A DNA stretch of 64,000 nt from Piromyces finnis finn. Its lineage: Eukaryota > Fungi > Neocallimastigomycota. Positions within the stretch are counted from its first letter, which is position 1; the number at the start of each line of letters is the position of its first letter. This document shows positions 1 to 13,721 of the stretch, piece after piece. A program made the translations under genes and the position numbers. The DNA is taken from NCBI GenBank assembly GCA_002104945.1, contig MCFH01000036.1:503929-567928 (forward strand), given 5' to 3'. The notes under the pieces are model-generated. The model was not told where the DNA came from. It searched no databases and saw only the letters and a program-made list of their open reading frames with translations.

Positions 1-1496
1 TATTGGATTTAATTGGATTATATATAAAAACAATTACCATTAAATTAATTACTTATATAGTATATATTGTTTTATTTCTTTATTAAAATGTTAGATATAT
101 ATTACATTGATTGTATTTTTCATCTTTTTTAATATTATGAAACATAAGGATTGTTTTGTTTTCACTTTTTATTACTAATATACTAATTATATAATAAATT
201 ATGAATGGAATATATTTTCTAATATAAATAATATATTGAATATAATTTTTATCTAAACAAACTTTATTCATTATAAAATAAATATTTATTAAATTAAATT
301 ATTTAGTAAATGAAAACAATTATTCTATTATACTACCTATATATAAATACTATATATTATAGTTAAATTTAAATATTATTATTAAACTATTAAATATTAA
401 TAAAAATATAAATTTTATATGTATTTTTGACTTTGATGAAGTAAATAATATAATAATAATATATAAGACTTATTAATTATTAATAAAATTTTTATAATTA
501 TGGATGTTGAAATATATTTTAATTTTTTTTTAAACTATTAATATATATATTACTAATTTACCATTTTTTTTTTTAGAAAATTTTTGAAGTTTTTGTTTTT
601 TTATATTTAATTTTGTTTTTTTTTTTCATTATAAAAAAATTATATGTGATTTTAATCTAAAGTTATAATTATTAACTAAATATTAAGGAATTAAACATAT
701 TTAATTTCAACGTATCATATAATCAAAGAAAAATAACTGAAAAAACATTTATAAGGTTTACAAAAATAATTTTAAAAAGATTTATAATTGTAAACAAATG
801 TACTTTGAAAAATACACTTTCTTTTAAACAAAATAATTTAGTATTATTACCAATAGAAAAAACACTTTTATTTTATATAAGTCGTTTTTGATTTTTTTTA
901 TAATTCTATTAGTGAAACAATTTTTTTTTTTTTTTGAAAAATATTAAAGTCAGTTTAATCTTAACAAAACTTTTATATATTTAATTGATAATTGCGATAA
1001 ATAAAAACAAATATTGAATAATTTGTAAAAAGGAAATAAATATATATGAAAATCAACGAGAAGCAAAACAAAAAATAAAATATTAAAAAAGTGTAATTTG
1101 AAAATAAAACAGTAAACAAGCTAATTTTAATATTTAGTAAAAAGAAAATTATTTTTATAAACTGAAAGTATAACTTTTATACAATTTTTATAGAAATAGT
1201 AATTAATATTGTAAATCAATAATGATAAAAATATTAAGAGCAAATAATAGGTAAAAAAAGAATATATATAAGAGTTACTTTGATATATATTATCTATCAA
1301 AGAAAGGGAAATGTAAAAATTTTAAATGATTTCCCAAAGAAATAATTTTGTTAGACTTTAAAAATAAAAGTAAAAAATATATAATAAAATAATGATAAAG
1401 TATTTTAAGTAAAAAAAAAAAAAACAAATATAAAAAAAAGTAAATATAAAAAAAAAACAAAATTCAATATTATTTTTATTAAATTTATATATAAAA

Positions 1497-3321
1497 ATGA
1501 CAGCATATAGTGTAACGTATAATGAAGATGATATCAATTCATTTGAAAATAATATGGATATCAATACATTTAATAATAATAATGATTCATTTGAAAATGA
1601 TATAAATCCAGATACAATGTTCAATTCGGATAATAATGAAAACAAATATATTGATTTTAAAGGAAAATTCATTATTTCACCGGAAAAATTTTTAGATAAT
1701 AAAATTTTTTTGGGTAAATATAATGTTAACCTTGATGAATGTAAAACCAAATGTGACGAAAATATAAAGTGCCATTGGTTACAACACAGTAATAAAGAAA
1801 ATTCATGTTATTTATATTCATTGGAAAATAATAGTAATGTTGTACTTCAATTACGAAAAAGCAAAAAAATAATTTCAGGGTATTCGGTTAATCAAAATAT
1901 AGATTCAGAAGGCATAATAATACCTGCTAACAGTCCAGAGGAATGCCATAGTCAATGTAATAATAATTTATGTTTATATAGTGAATTCAATACAAGTTTA
2001 AATATACCACAATGTAAATTATTTTACATGTTTGAAGATAATATCTATACAGTATCTTTTAATAATCTTGGAAAAAAAAAGGTAAGATTTTTATAATAGT
2101 ATTGTATTCATTATATATTAATATAAAAAATAATAGTATATAATTCTTACGATCAATTTTAATTGTCAATATTAATGTATATAGTTAACGAGTGATGAAT
2201 TAGAAGTTAGTACTAATATTATGGGAAATGAAAATGAAAATGAAAATATTCGTACAGGTTCTCACGGGGAATACTATATTAGTGTTTATACATTATATGG
2301 TTTAACAATAATTATACTAGTACTAGTAGCAATAATATTATGTATTTTCAAAAAAAGAAGTGATAATGAAAAAATGCTATTGTATACTTTAAGTAATATA
2401 ACGGCAAATTCTCAATCAAGATCACGGTCAAAGTCAAGTCCAAGTGAAAATATGAGTTATTTAAATAGTGGATCTTATTTTCAAAATACCTTTAATGCTT
2501 CTAGTATTACAATAAACCCAGATACAATAGAAAACTTTAGTCAAAAGCATTCTAAAGGTACTAGTCATACTGGAACAAGTATAAAAAAGTCTAAGAGGAA
2601 AAGTTCTAGTTCCAAAGCACCTTCAATACATTCAATATCAACTTTATGTAACGGTAATAGTTCTCCAAATAATGTACAAGATAATTCACAAAATGATAAA
2701 AGTTATCATAATCTTTCCCTTTCTACAAAAAAATCTTCCTATAATTATTCTATTAAAACTTTTTCTGCAAAGGATCCATCTCTTACTGGATTATCTCAAA
2801 ATATTAAAACATTATTTGCAAATTCATATAATGGAACAAGCGATACAAATAGTTATTACGAAACATTTAGTACCCTTCCAACAAATTCTCCAAAAATTGA
2901 TTCATCCTATGATAATGTACTCTATAAAGATAATGTAACTTCATCCTCAATAAAAACTATGTATGGTCAACATAAGAAACAAAATTCATCAATATCCATC
3001 ACTATACCAAAGATTTCTAATAGCAATACTATAAATGTCTCACCCAAAAACAGTTATTCAGCTGGTGGTAATTTAATAGCTGTTAGTTCACCGCAGCAAC
3101 AAAGAGTTATTAAGATTAAAAAGCCAGTACATACCAAACAATTTTCTGTTTCAAAAAGTGTATACTCAGAACCAATGTTACCCATAAATACAGATAATTC
3201 AGAAATATTGTTGCATGATGATCTTGATGGAATAAGTTATATTGAACCACAAGATCAAATTTCTTTTAATGGTAATTCAATTCCAAGTGTAACTATTGTT
3301 AATACTACCAAAGTAAAATGA
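1497..3321 (+). CDS. Two-exon single-pass membrane protein with two Cys-rich PAN/apple-like modules and a Ser-rich cytoplasmic tail
   Basis: Exon 1 1497-2081 ends at AAG|GTAAGA; exon 2 starts at 2185 after TAG and is in frame with ORF 2221-3321. Cys modules ECKTKCDENIKCHW and ECHSQCNNNLCLY; hydrophobic helix LYGLTIIILVLVAIILCIF followed by KKR. No signal peptide seen, so an upstream exon is possible. PAN call is from Cys spacing only. Confidence 0.6.
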
Positions 3322-3462
3322 ATAATATAAAATATTTATTTAATTTATTTACTGTATTTTATATTAAAAAAAAAATTATTTACTTTTTTTTTTTTTTTTT
3401 GAAAATTAAAGTAATATTTGTATTAATAGATAAAAAATACATAAACATTTTTCATATATACG

Positions 3463-3498
3463 TACATACATACATACATACATACATACATACATACA
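3463..3498. repeat. (TACA)9 microsatellite
   Basis: Read directly. Confidence 0.9.
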
Positions 3499-3852
3499 AG
3501 TTTATATAAAAATTTAAATAATTTTTATATAAACATTTTTTTTAATCCTCATTTCATTATCATTCATTTAATTTATTTATAAGTCAAAATAATAATTCTA
3601 ATAAACATCCTAAAATTATATATATATATATATATAAAATGAATAAATATAAAAAGAAAAAATTCTTTTTATATTATACATATTATTTTTATGTTTTACA
3701 TATATAATGTATATATGCATTTTTTTTATATATAAAATATTCATTAGTTTTAAAATTATATTTTTTTTTTTTTTTTTTTATGGATTATTATTTTGAAATC
3801 ATCATAACTTAACTTTATATCAATAATATAAAAATTAACAAATAATATAATA

Positions 3853-3854
<2 letters not shown>

Positions 3855-3883
<29 letters not shown>

Positions 3884-3928
3884 CAAAACAAAACAAAAAA
3901 AAAAACAAAACAAAACAAAAAAACAAAA
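3855..3928. repeat. (AAAAC)n microsatellite
   Basis: Read directly; imperfect at the right end. Confidence 0.85.
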
Positions 3929-4463
3929 GATTACTATTTTATAAAGTAAAATAAAATAAAAATTTTAACAATTAAATATATAAAGTTTTTTTTTTTTTTA
4001 AAAGTGATAAATATAGATAGAACTTAATATAATTTTTTTTGATGATAGAAATTACTATAACTAAATTTTAACGTTTTAAAAAACGATATATCACAAATTT
4101 AAAAGTAGCAATTTATAAGTATTTTTATTAAAATGGAAATGAAAAAAAAAAAAAAAAAAAGATGGCTTTTTAACAGTATTGCTTTTATTTAAACTATTAA
4201 TTTCAAAATAGCAAAAGTTGTGGGAATATAGATATTGTAAGATATTATTATTATAAAGCATCAGCATATAAAATATTAGTAAATATTCTGCTAAATTATC
4301 GGTTTTTAAAGATGGTCTGGCATGATTTCAATGATTTTTATTGTCTTTCTTGGTAAAAATTTAAAAATTATTTTTAAAAAAAAATTCTACAAATTGGTGG
4401 AAAAATTAATATAAAAAATTTTTTAAAAAAATTTTTTTCTATAGAAAAATCGACATTTAAAAA

Positions 4464-4493
4464 TTTCTACAAAATTCTATAATTTTATAGAAA
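4464..4493. promoter_or_regulatory. Degenerate heat-shock element array upstream of Hsp20-A
   Basis: Six in-phase pentamers tTTCt aCAAa aTTCt aTAAt tTTAt aGAAa (3 perfect, 3 with one mismatch) against the HSF consensus of alternating nTTCn/nGAAn. AT richness raises the chance-match rate. Confidence 0.6.
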
Positions 4494-4950
4494 AAGAATA
4501 ATTTTAATTTTTTTTCTGTTTTTATAATTCATTAATAAAATAATAATAAAATAATTTAACGAAAGAAAGAAAGAAAGAAAAAAAAGAGACTTTTTATTTT
4601 ATATGAAAAAATATAAATACCTCAAACATTCTTTTTTTTTTTTTTTTAAATAATCATTATATTCATTATTTAATTATTAAATAAATAATATTAAAAATAT
4701 TAATAAATAAAATATTATTAAATATAAATAAAATAAATATTTAATATAAAAGTGTTATAACTATACAACTATTCAACTATTCAACTACACAACTATATAA
4801 CTTATATAACTATATAACTATATATTATATATTATCAATAATTTAAAATTAATATATAAAATTAAAACCAGTTATAACATAACAATTATAAAATAACAAT
4901 CATATAATTAAAATATATATTTAAAAAAAAGAAATATCAAAATATCAAAA

Positions 4951-5595
4951 ATGTCTTTATTCTTTTTAAATGATCCAATTCGTGAAAGTGACCGTTCTAT
5001 CTTAAATAATTCTATCTTGGATGATAACAAGTGTGATTTATCTGATGACGGTGAAGATTATTCTCATCCTTTCACTTCCGCTGCTTTCCCTGGTTTCTTC
5101 TTTGGTTATCCTCCTTATGCTTATCCTACTCATCTTCATTCTAATGCCGCCACCACTGCTAAACCAAATACAAAAACTACCGCCGGTAAATCAAATACAA
5201 AATCTAGTGTTAAAGGACAATCATCCTTTCATCCATTTGATAAAGATGTTTATAAATTAGTTGATTTTCGTCCAAAGAATAATTTATGCGAAGATGAAAA
5301 GAATTATTATATACAAATTGATTTACCAGGAATGAGTAAAGAACAAATTCATATGGAACTAACAGAAGATAATATTATTAGTATTTCAGGAGAAAGAGCA
5401 AAGAAAAATAATGTTGAAGGAATGAAATATTCAAAAATGGAATGTGAATATGGTAAATTTTCAAGATCCTTTAGTATTCCTGAAACAGGAGATATTGAAA
5501 AGATTGAAGCTAAAATGGAAAATGGAGTATTAGAAGTTATTATTCCTAAAATTTCAATACCAAAAACTCAACGTCGTACAATTTTAGTACAATAA
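4951..5595 (+). CDS. hsp20: Small heat-shock protein (alpha-crystallin domain), copy A
   Basis: 214 aa, intronless; YYIQIDLPGMSKEQI, ISISGER, YGKFSRSFSIP, IEAKMENGVLEVIIPK; C-terminal ILV (IXI/V-type) motif. Confidence 0.95.
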   Translation: MSLFFLNDPIRESDRSILNNSILDDNKCDLSDDGEDYSHPFTSAAFPGFFFGYPPYAYPTHLHSNAATTAKPNTKTTAGKSNTKSSVKGQSSFHPFDKDVYKLVDFRPKNNLCEDEKNYYIQIDLPGMSKEQIHMELTEDNIISISGERAKKNNVEGMKYSKMECEYGKFSRSFSIPETGDIEKIEAKMENGVLEVIIPKISIPKTQRRTILVQ

Positions 5596-6356
5596 CTATA
5601 ATAAAATAAAATAAAATAATTAAAAAAATAAATGAAACCAACAACAAAAAAAAAAAAAAAAAAAAAAATGAATAATAACCAAATATAAATTCTATCTTAA
5701 CTTATTATCATTATAATTAATATGTATATAACTATTATAAATATAACATATCTTAAAATATTAAATATATTACATATCTTATATTTTATTTAATAAAACA
5801 TATTTTACTTTAATACTTCATTCACCTCCTACTACTATAAAATGAACTATATAATATTATAAATAATAAATAATATTAAATGATATTATAATATTATATG
5901 TAAATTAATTAATTCTTATATATATCTGTTATTAAACTAATTTCAATTTCATGTAAACGATTATAAAAAATAAAGTTAATAATTATAATAAAAAAAAGAA
6001 AAAAGATTAAAATTTAGATAAATTATAAAGTGTGTTTGTATTTAAAGTGTATTTAATGTGTATCTAGTATATAATGTGTTTTTAAAATTGAAAATGTTAT
6101 TAGAAAATTTAAGCATAAAATAATAAATATATAAATAAAAGATGAATTTAATATTTATTTTATTAAATACTTATAATAGTATTAATTGTCTTTCTTAATA
6201 AATAGAAGAATTAAGATACTTTAAAAACCAATAGTAAATGCTTATTTGATTTTTCATTAATGTCACTTTTGACACTTTTGAAAGAGAAAATTTTAAATAT
6301 AAACATCTTATATACTTTTATAAAAACATTATTATTATTATTATTATTATGTTGTT

Positions 6357-6369
6357 AATGTCAAAATAT
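6357..6369 (+). repeat. Left 13-bp target-site duplication of LINE copy 1 (AATGTCAAAATAT)
   Basis: Repeated at 11939-11951. The empty site with a single copy is visible in the paralogous spacer at 20562-20574 (- strand). Confidence 0.92.
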
Positions 6370-9300
6370 CCCTCTTGGGAACGTGCCTTCATTTATTTAA
6401 TAAATGTAGTTTCTCAAGGGGGTCTACTCATGCTCATGGTACTGAGAGAGTAGAAAGAATTAAATCCAAGTATTGCGCAATGGATGCTTGGTTAGTCTTT
6501 AAGGGAAAATTATTAGGACTAAGCTCATGGTACTGAGCGATTAAAAAACATTTTATTCATCGAATTAAGTATTTGATGAATAAGTTGAATGTTTGATATT
6601 CAGGTAAGTTTGTATAGTATTTAATTAGAAGAGTAATACATTTTGTTGCTGTATTTTTTCTTTTATTCATGTATTCATGTAGTACTACTCTTCTCTTGTA
6701 AGAATCCAATGTAGTCAACTTTAGCATTTGCATTGTATTTTTATATTCATGTAGCTATTGTTGTATTGTTTCTTGTAAGAGACTGATTCACTCTACATCA
6801 TGTAAAAATACTATTCACAAGCTTTCTGGTGTCGACATTCTTGATTCAAATTTTTTACCAATTTAAATATTTAATGAAAAGTAAGTCAAACAAGTTTAGT
6901 GTCAAAAAGCGATTCGAATTTACTAACAACAAACCAAAACTAGAATTTTTAAAGAAAATTTACAACTAGAATTCAAAAAAAGAAACTTTAAACAAAGCAT
7001 CGTAACAATTTTTGTACTATCCAGTACTTTTAAGAAGAGAGAGAGAGACAGATTTTTTTTCCATATACGTTATATTTATAATTTTTATTAGTATTTATTT
7101 TATATTCAATATTTTTAATTAGAATTTATTATCATGTCAGTCCTTTATATTAAAGATAAGAATTATATCAGACGTGGTACCCGGTCTTATGGTATCCCCT
7201 TAGATGATATTCGCTCCTTCTTTATCCGTGGTATTCGATCATGGTCAGTAAATATGCTATGGGAAAAACTCGAGGTTATTCTAGAAGATAAATTTAATTC
7301 AGTTATTAGTGTTAAATATTTTCAGACTTTCAATGATCACTTTTTCTTAGTCAAGGTTCATGGTTCATCGAAAGATTGTATTAAAATCTTACACATGTTA
7401 AAGAAGAAACTTTCAGTTACCTCAATTTCCTTTTCAGCTCGTAGTAGAAGGAATCACAAATACGCTTTTTCCACTCTCAAACGTAAAATTTTAGTTTCTA
7501 ATAAACATCAACATTCTATTCAACAATCATTTCAACAATCAGTTCAACAATCTCATCAACAATCCGATCTTCAACTAGATCTTCAACAAGATCTTCAACA
7601 AGTTTCCAATCATGAAAATATTCCAGATCTACAGCAAACACAATTTCAATCTCAACATTCAACAATTAATTCTAATAGCTCTATCAACTCTGATAACAGT
7701 TCAATAGTTGATAGTTCTTCAGTTTCACAGCCATCTAGTAATAGTTCTACTTATTCCTCTGATGCATCATCCATTAATAACGATGACTTTAATAATAATA
7801 ATAATAGCAACGATTCTTCCTCATCCAACAAGCCTGATAACTTTTCTTTTTGTCTTAGTTGGAACACCAATGGGTGGAATCACGAAAAGAGAGATAGTAT
7901 TAGCTATTTCACAGCTATTTTCAAACCATTATTTTTATGTTTCCAAGAAACTGGTAATGGTTCTGGATCGAATACAGATTATCCTTGTCGTGTTACTTTG
8001 CGAAACTATAGACACTTTTTCAAGAAAGCTGACGAATCAGTTCCGGGAATGAGAGGTTTATATTTAGGTTTTCACAATTCATGTCAAGCCTCACTTGAAA
8101 ACTTCTCTGGAAAGTATATTATTTCTATTTATACTTTTAGTCTCTGGAATAGATTCAAATGCTCGATTGGTAATGTTTATATGCCTCATAGTCATCACAA
8201 CATCTATGTTGATCATGCAAAGTTAGAAGTTCGCTTGTGGTTACAAACTCATTCATCCCATCCATCGATTCTTGTTGGTGATTTTAATATGTCTAAAGTA
8301 AAATTATCCAACTGGTTATCAACTAATGGATTAGGAGATTGGGAAATTCTTCCGCTTAGAGGGTCTACTATCTCTTGGACTCGAGGTGATCAATCTTCCG
8401 ACATTGACCATGCTCTTATCAATTCGAAGATGAAAGATCTTATTCACTCAGGATCATTTATAAATAATTTTTATCCTGTATCAGACCATAAGCCACTTCT
8501 TATTAATGGTAAAATTATTCCTATGGAAGGTTTTTCTAATGACTTTAATGTTCCTAAGAAAATTCTGAAATGGAATAGATTAAAATGTATTGAGGAAAAG
8601 GAATCTATTCTCAGTCATAATAAATTCCAAATACTTTCAGCAAAATTCAACGATCCTAATGTTTCTACAGATGAACTTTCCAAAGAGTTTACTTCAACTG
8701 CTTTTTCAATTGCAGACGAGCTCAGTATTACCTCAGCAAATAATGTAATAAAGTCTTCATTTCATATTTCACAACAAATTTTTAATCTCCAAAAAATCAA
8801 AATGAAGTTGTATAAGAGATTTAAAAAAGAAAGAATTTATGATATAGATGAATTTATTAAAAGAATTAAAATCTACCGTAAGCTCATTGATTACATCCAC
8901 AAAAGATGTAATGAATTTAGGAAACAAGAATATCTTCATTGGATTAAAACAGGATGTGAGTATATGAAGAGTCATAATCCTAAGAAGGCCTGGAAATGGA
9001 TCAAGAAAACTGCAAAAATTGGAAAAGATTCTTTCTTTATTGCTCAACCAATTAAAAATAAAAATGGAGAATTAGTTGTTGCTACGGAAGAACAACTAGA
9101 TGTGTGGCATGATCATTTCGAAAACCTTGCATCAGATCCAAGTGGTGTAAGTCTTGATTTGGAGCATTTGTATGAAGAACCAATGAATAAACGTTTTTCA
9201 CTTCCTATGCTTGATGAGTGGGATATCAACCAAGATATTAGTATTGATGAAGTCAAGTCAGCTATCCTCACTACTCCAAATTATAAAGCATCAGGTCCGG

Positions 9301-11940
9301 ATGGTATTCCAATTGAATTTTACAAAGCATTAATTCCATCAAGTAATGATTCTAATAATGCTACAGATAATAATTCTTCCGGTAATACCACTTCAGATAA
9401 TGATGCTCATGGTTTAAATTTTATTCTTAAATTATTCAACCGTATTTGGGATGGAGACTTCCCCAACTCATGGAATGAATCCAGTATTGTTTCTATTCCT
9501 AAGAAGGGAGATTTGACAGATTGTGATAAATATCGAGGTATATCACTTATCAATAATGGCATTAAGTTGATTTCCAAAATTGTCACCACTAGAATCTCAG
9601 AATATGGTCTAAAGAATAATTTCATTAGACCTGAACAATTTGGTTTTCGAAAAAAGGAAGAAAGTATCAGTCTTTTCATTTCAATCCAAGAAATATGCCG
9701 TAGACGTCAATTAGATAATAAAGAGACATATTTGGCCTTTTTAGATCTCAGGAAAGCATACGATTCAGTCCCAATCGGTAATATTCTCCATAAATTAGAT
9801 TGTTTAGGAATCCGAGGGTAAGAGTTTACAATTTATCAAAAATTTATATTTAACATCTAAGGCTAATGTCAAATTAGATGGACAATTCTCGAAATCTTTT
9901 GATGTGAAGAAAGGAGTCCGTCAAGGATGCCCTCTTTCTCCTATTCTCTTTAATCTCTTTATTAATGATATATTTAAAGAGTGCGAAGATCTTGGAGTCA
10001 GTTTAGGTGACACTCGATGCTGTGGTGGACTTTTTGCAGATGATATAGTTATTTGTGCTCCAACAAGAGGATGCTTAAAAAAGATGCTTAGAAGAGTTAA
10101 TGAATGGGCCTTGTATAATGAAATGGAATTTGGTATCCAGAAATGTTCAACGATGGTGATTCGTCCTGAATCAATAGAAAATCAGATCAAGAGAGATCCA
10201 ACATTTTACTTAGCAGGACAACCCATTCCAACTACTGATTGTTATACTTATCTTGGTGTTCCATTTGATAAGAATCTGTCCCTTAAACCAGTAATTAAAG
10301 CTCTTAATAACAAGGTTTTGAAAGGACTTTTTTCAGTCAGTAAATTCTTAAGAAATCCTAATATTCCTATTCCCTTCAAAAAGCTAGTACTTAACTCACA
10401 AGTGATTAGCAGAGTTTCATACTTTGCACCATTACTTGGATCCAACAAAGCTAGGTCTAGAATTGCTCAGAAGCATGTTAACAAAGGAATACGATGGGTT
10501 GCCGGAGTTCATAAAGCTGTATCGTTTATATCTTTATACTCTATCTCAAAAGATTTGAATATTCCTCCATTGTCAGCCAAATGTGCATTAGCTCAGGTTA
10601 GATGTTTTAACAAATGGAAAAACTCAAATTGTATTATCTCACACCTTGTCAATTACATTCCTAAATTTAGAAAATACACGTGGTGCAAATCAAGTAGGAC
10701 ACTTGATAAAAAATTAAAGAAACATGGAGATGTTAAAGCAGTTAAAAACTTTTATTGGAAAGATCTCAAAGGAAATTCAATCAAAGCGCAATATTATGAT
10801 GATAATAAATTTATTGAAACTAAAGATTTTATTAAATTATGTTATGAGTACCCAGAGTTTGCCTATGGCTTCTACTGGCTCTTGAAAGCAAGAAGCGGAT
10901 ACAAGTTGGATGCTAGAGTTGCCAAAGCTGCTAAATTTGTTGATCCAGTTTGTCCTAACTACTGTCCATGTTGCAAGTGTGGTGTTCAAAGTATTAAACA
11001 TTGGTTATTAGATTGTCCAACATTTAGAGATATCCGTATTAAACATTATGATTCCATAGTCCAGCTACTAAATTTTTTCAGTCAACGTAATTCCAATAGT
11101 CCTATCAATAATAATGAAAATGTTAATATCAGTAGAGATAGCAATAACATTAATAGTAATAGTAACAATAGTAGTAATAACAATAGTAATAGTAACAATA
11201 GTAATAATAACAATAGTAGTAATAGAAATAGTAATAATAACAATAGTAGTAATAGAAATAATAATATTAGTAATGATAGCTATAGTGAAGATAATAATTC
11301 TAATTTAGATAGTAATTTAGTTAATGATAGTAATAGTTCTAATAATCCGGTGAATATTAATGTGTATGATTATTCTAGTGTGTGCAGTAAAATATTTAAA
11401 TTCCTTCTTGGGGGAAGAAGTTTTAACAATATTAATTACAATTCAAGGGAATGGAAAGAACTTTGTAAGCGTCAGATTCAATCTGGTACTAATGAAGGAG
11501 CACCATTCTTGACGGTAACCGCGGAACTTCTAACCAAAATCATGCCTTTTGCTATTGGCCAGCAATGGTCAATGTTCAAAAGGTTTGAAGCAACATCCAA
11601 GAGCGTCAATGCTGAAGAAACAGTAAGACAGGCCAGGAGGGCCAGCGCAACCAATGGAGATCATAATTTTGTTCCATGACAAATTTTTGATCTTTGGCTC
11701 GGTGTCCCATTGGAAGTCAAATACAATTATTATACTTTAGTATGATAGTGGCTTTCTTACTTTAATTAAAATTACTAGAATACATTATACCCAATTTTTA
11801 TTCATTTGTGTTTATTTAAACATATTTTTTTTTATTTTTATTTTAATTTTAATTTTTTTATTACATATATTATAATTTTAATTAAATTAATAATAAAGTT
11901 TAAAATATTTGATGCCGTTAAAAAAAAAAAAAAAAAAAAA
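6370..11940 (+). mobile_element. Full-length non-LTR retrotransposon (LINE), copy 1
   Basis: Starts CCCTCTTGGG, 764-nt 5' UTR, EN-RT coding region, 240-nt 3' UTR ending GATGCCGTT plus A21, flanked by a 13-bp TSD. Confidence 0.97.
7134..11679 (+). pseudogene. LINE copy 1 polyprotein (RRM-like, APE, RT, CCHC) split by a +1 frameshift
   Basis: ORFs 7134-9821 and 9904-11679 are collinear with the intact copy-3 ORF. Copy 1 reads CGAGGGTAAG at ~9812-9821 where copies 2 and 3 read CGAGGTAAG (one extra G). Real mutation or homopolymer error. Confidence 0.9.
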
Positions 11941-12513
11941 TGTCAAAATATATAATAGAGTTTAATGAAATGTATATATAAAAAACATTTATGGAGAAAA
12001 GTTATATGTAAGTAATGGTTTATTACCATATTAAAATATATTTATTTTTGATAGTTTCTGATATTTAAACCATTTTAATTAAGGAATATATAAATATATA
12101 AGTATATATATCTAAGATAATTAATGAAAAAGAAAATAAATAAATAATAATGATTCATAAATCAATTAAAAGCATTATTCCTCATTATTATAAATGAAAT
12201 TATTTAATATTTTAAAATAATGTAATATTCGTATTAAGATTATTCAAAAAAGTATACATTTATTATAAAATGCTGTAAGATATTGTAAGATATCATTATT
12301 ATAAAGGATCAGCATATAAAATATTAGTAAATATTCTGCTAAATTATCGGTTTTTAAAGATGGTCTGGCATGATTTCAATGATTTTTATTGTCTTTCTTG
12401 GTAAAAATTTAAAAATTCTTTTTAAAAAAAAAAATTCTACAAATTGGTGGAAAAATTAATAAAAAAAATTTTTTAAAAAAATTTTTTTCTATAGAAAAAT
12501 CGACATTTAAAAA

Positions 12514-12543
12514 TTTCTACAAAATTCTGTAATTTTATAGAAA
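12514..12543. promoter_or_regulatory. Degenerate HSE array upstream of Hsp20-B
   Basis: Same six-pentamer array as at 4464. Confidence 0.6.
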
Positions 12544-12994
12544 AAGAATAATTTTAATTTTTTTTCTGTTTTTATAATTCATTAATAAAATAATAATAAA
12601 ATAATTTAACGAAAGAAAGAAAGAAAGAAAAAAAGAGACTTTTTATTTTATATGAAAAAATAAAAATACCTCAAACATTCTTTTTTTTTTTTTTTAAATA
12701 ATCATTATATTCATTATTTAATTATTAAATAAATAATATTAAAAATATTAATAAATAAAATATTATTAAATATAAATAAAATAAATATTTAATATAAAAG
12801 CATTATATATAACTATATAACTATATAACTTATATATTATCAATAATTTAAAATTAATATATAAAATTAAAACCAATTATAAAATAACAATTATAAAATA
12901 ACAATTATAAAATAACAATTATAAAATAACAATCATCATATAATTAAAATATATATTTAAAAAAAAGAAATATCAAAATATCAAAATATCAAAA

Positions 12995-13639
12995 ATGTCT
13001 TTATTCTTTTTAAATGATCCAATTCGTGAAAGTGACCGTTCTATCTTAAATAATTCTATCTTGGATGATAACAAGTGTGATTTATCTGATGATGGTAATA
13101 ATTATTCTCATTCTTTCACTTCCGCTGTTTTCCCTGGTTTCTTCTTTGGTTATCCTCCTTATGCTTATCCTACTCAACTTCATTCTAATGCCATCACCAC
13201 TGCTAAACCAAATACAAAAGCTACCGCCGGTAAATCAAATACAAAATCTAGTGTTAAAGGACAATCATCCTACCGTCCATTTGATAAAGATGTTTATAAA
13301 TTAGTTGATTTCCGTCCAAAGAATAATTTATGTGAAGATGAAAAGAATTATTATATTCAAATTGATTTACCAGGGATGAGTAAAGAACAAATTCATATGG
13401 AACTAACAGAAGATAATATTATTAGTATTTCAGGAGAAAGAGCAAAGAAAAATAATGTTGAAGGAATGAAATATTCAAAAATGGAATGTGAATATGGTAA
13501 ATTTTCAAGATCCTTTAGTATTCCTGAAACAGGAGATATTGAAAAGATTGAAGCTAAAATGGAAAATGGAGTATTAGAAGTTATTATTCCTAAAATTTCA
13601 ATACCAAAAACTCAACGTCGTACAATTTTAGTACAATAA
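12995..13639 (+). CDS. hsp20: Small heat-shock protein, copy B
   Basis: 214 aa, near-identical to copy A. Confidence 0.95.
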   Translation: MSLFFLNDPIRESDRSILNNSILDDNKCDLSDDGNNYSHSFTSAVFPGFFFGYPPYAYPTQLHSNAITTAKPNTKATAGKSNTKSSVKGQSSYRPFDKDVYKLVDFRPKNNLCEDEKNYYIQIDLPGMSKEQIHMELTEDNIISISGERAKKNNVEGMKYSKMECEYGKFSRSFSIPETGDIEKIEAKMENGVLEVIIPKISIPKTQRRTILVQ

Positions 13640-13690
13640 CTATAATAAAATAAAATAAAATAATAAAAAAAAATAAATGAAACCAACAAC

Positions 13691-13721
<31 letters not shown>

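Larger units (their letters stand above)
4229..6369 (+). repeat. Hsp20 duplication unit (promoter, CDS, 3' flank; ~2.5 kb period)
   Basis: Near-identical non-coding and coding sequence recurs at ~11941-13790 (+), ~18395-22070 (-, two units) and ~55747-57850 (-). Boundaries are approximate. Confidence 0.85.

Noticed and set aside
5021-5260. 79-aa overlapping ORF (MITSVIYL...) in every Hsp20 copy
   Set aside because: An alternate-frame shadow; its recurrence follows from the near-identity of the copies.
6438-6545. CTGAGAGAG..GAAA and CTGAGCGA as hammerhead cores; the first stem as HDV P1
   Set aside because: Neither matches CUGANGA with a proper stem II, and the HDV P1.1, P3 and J4/2 elements could not be placed.
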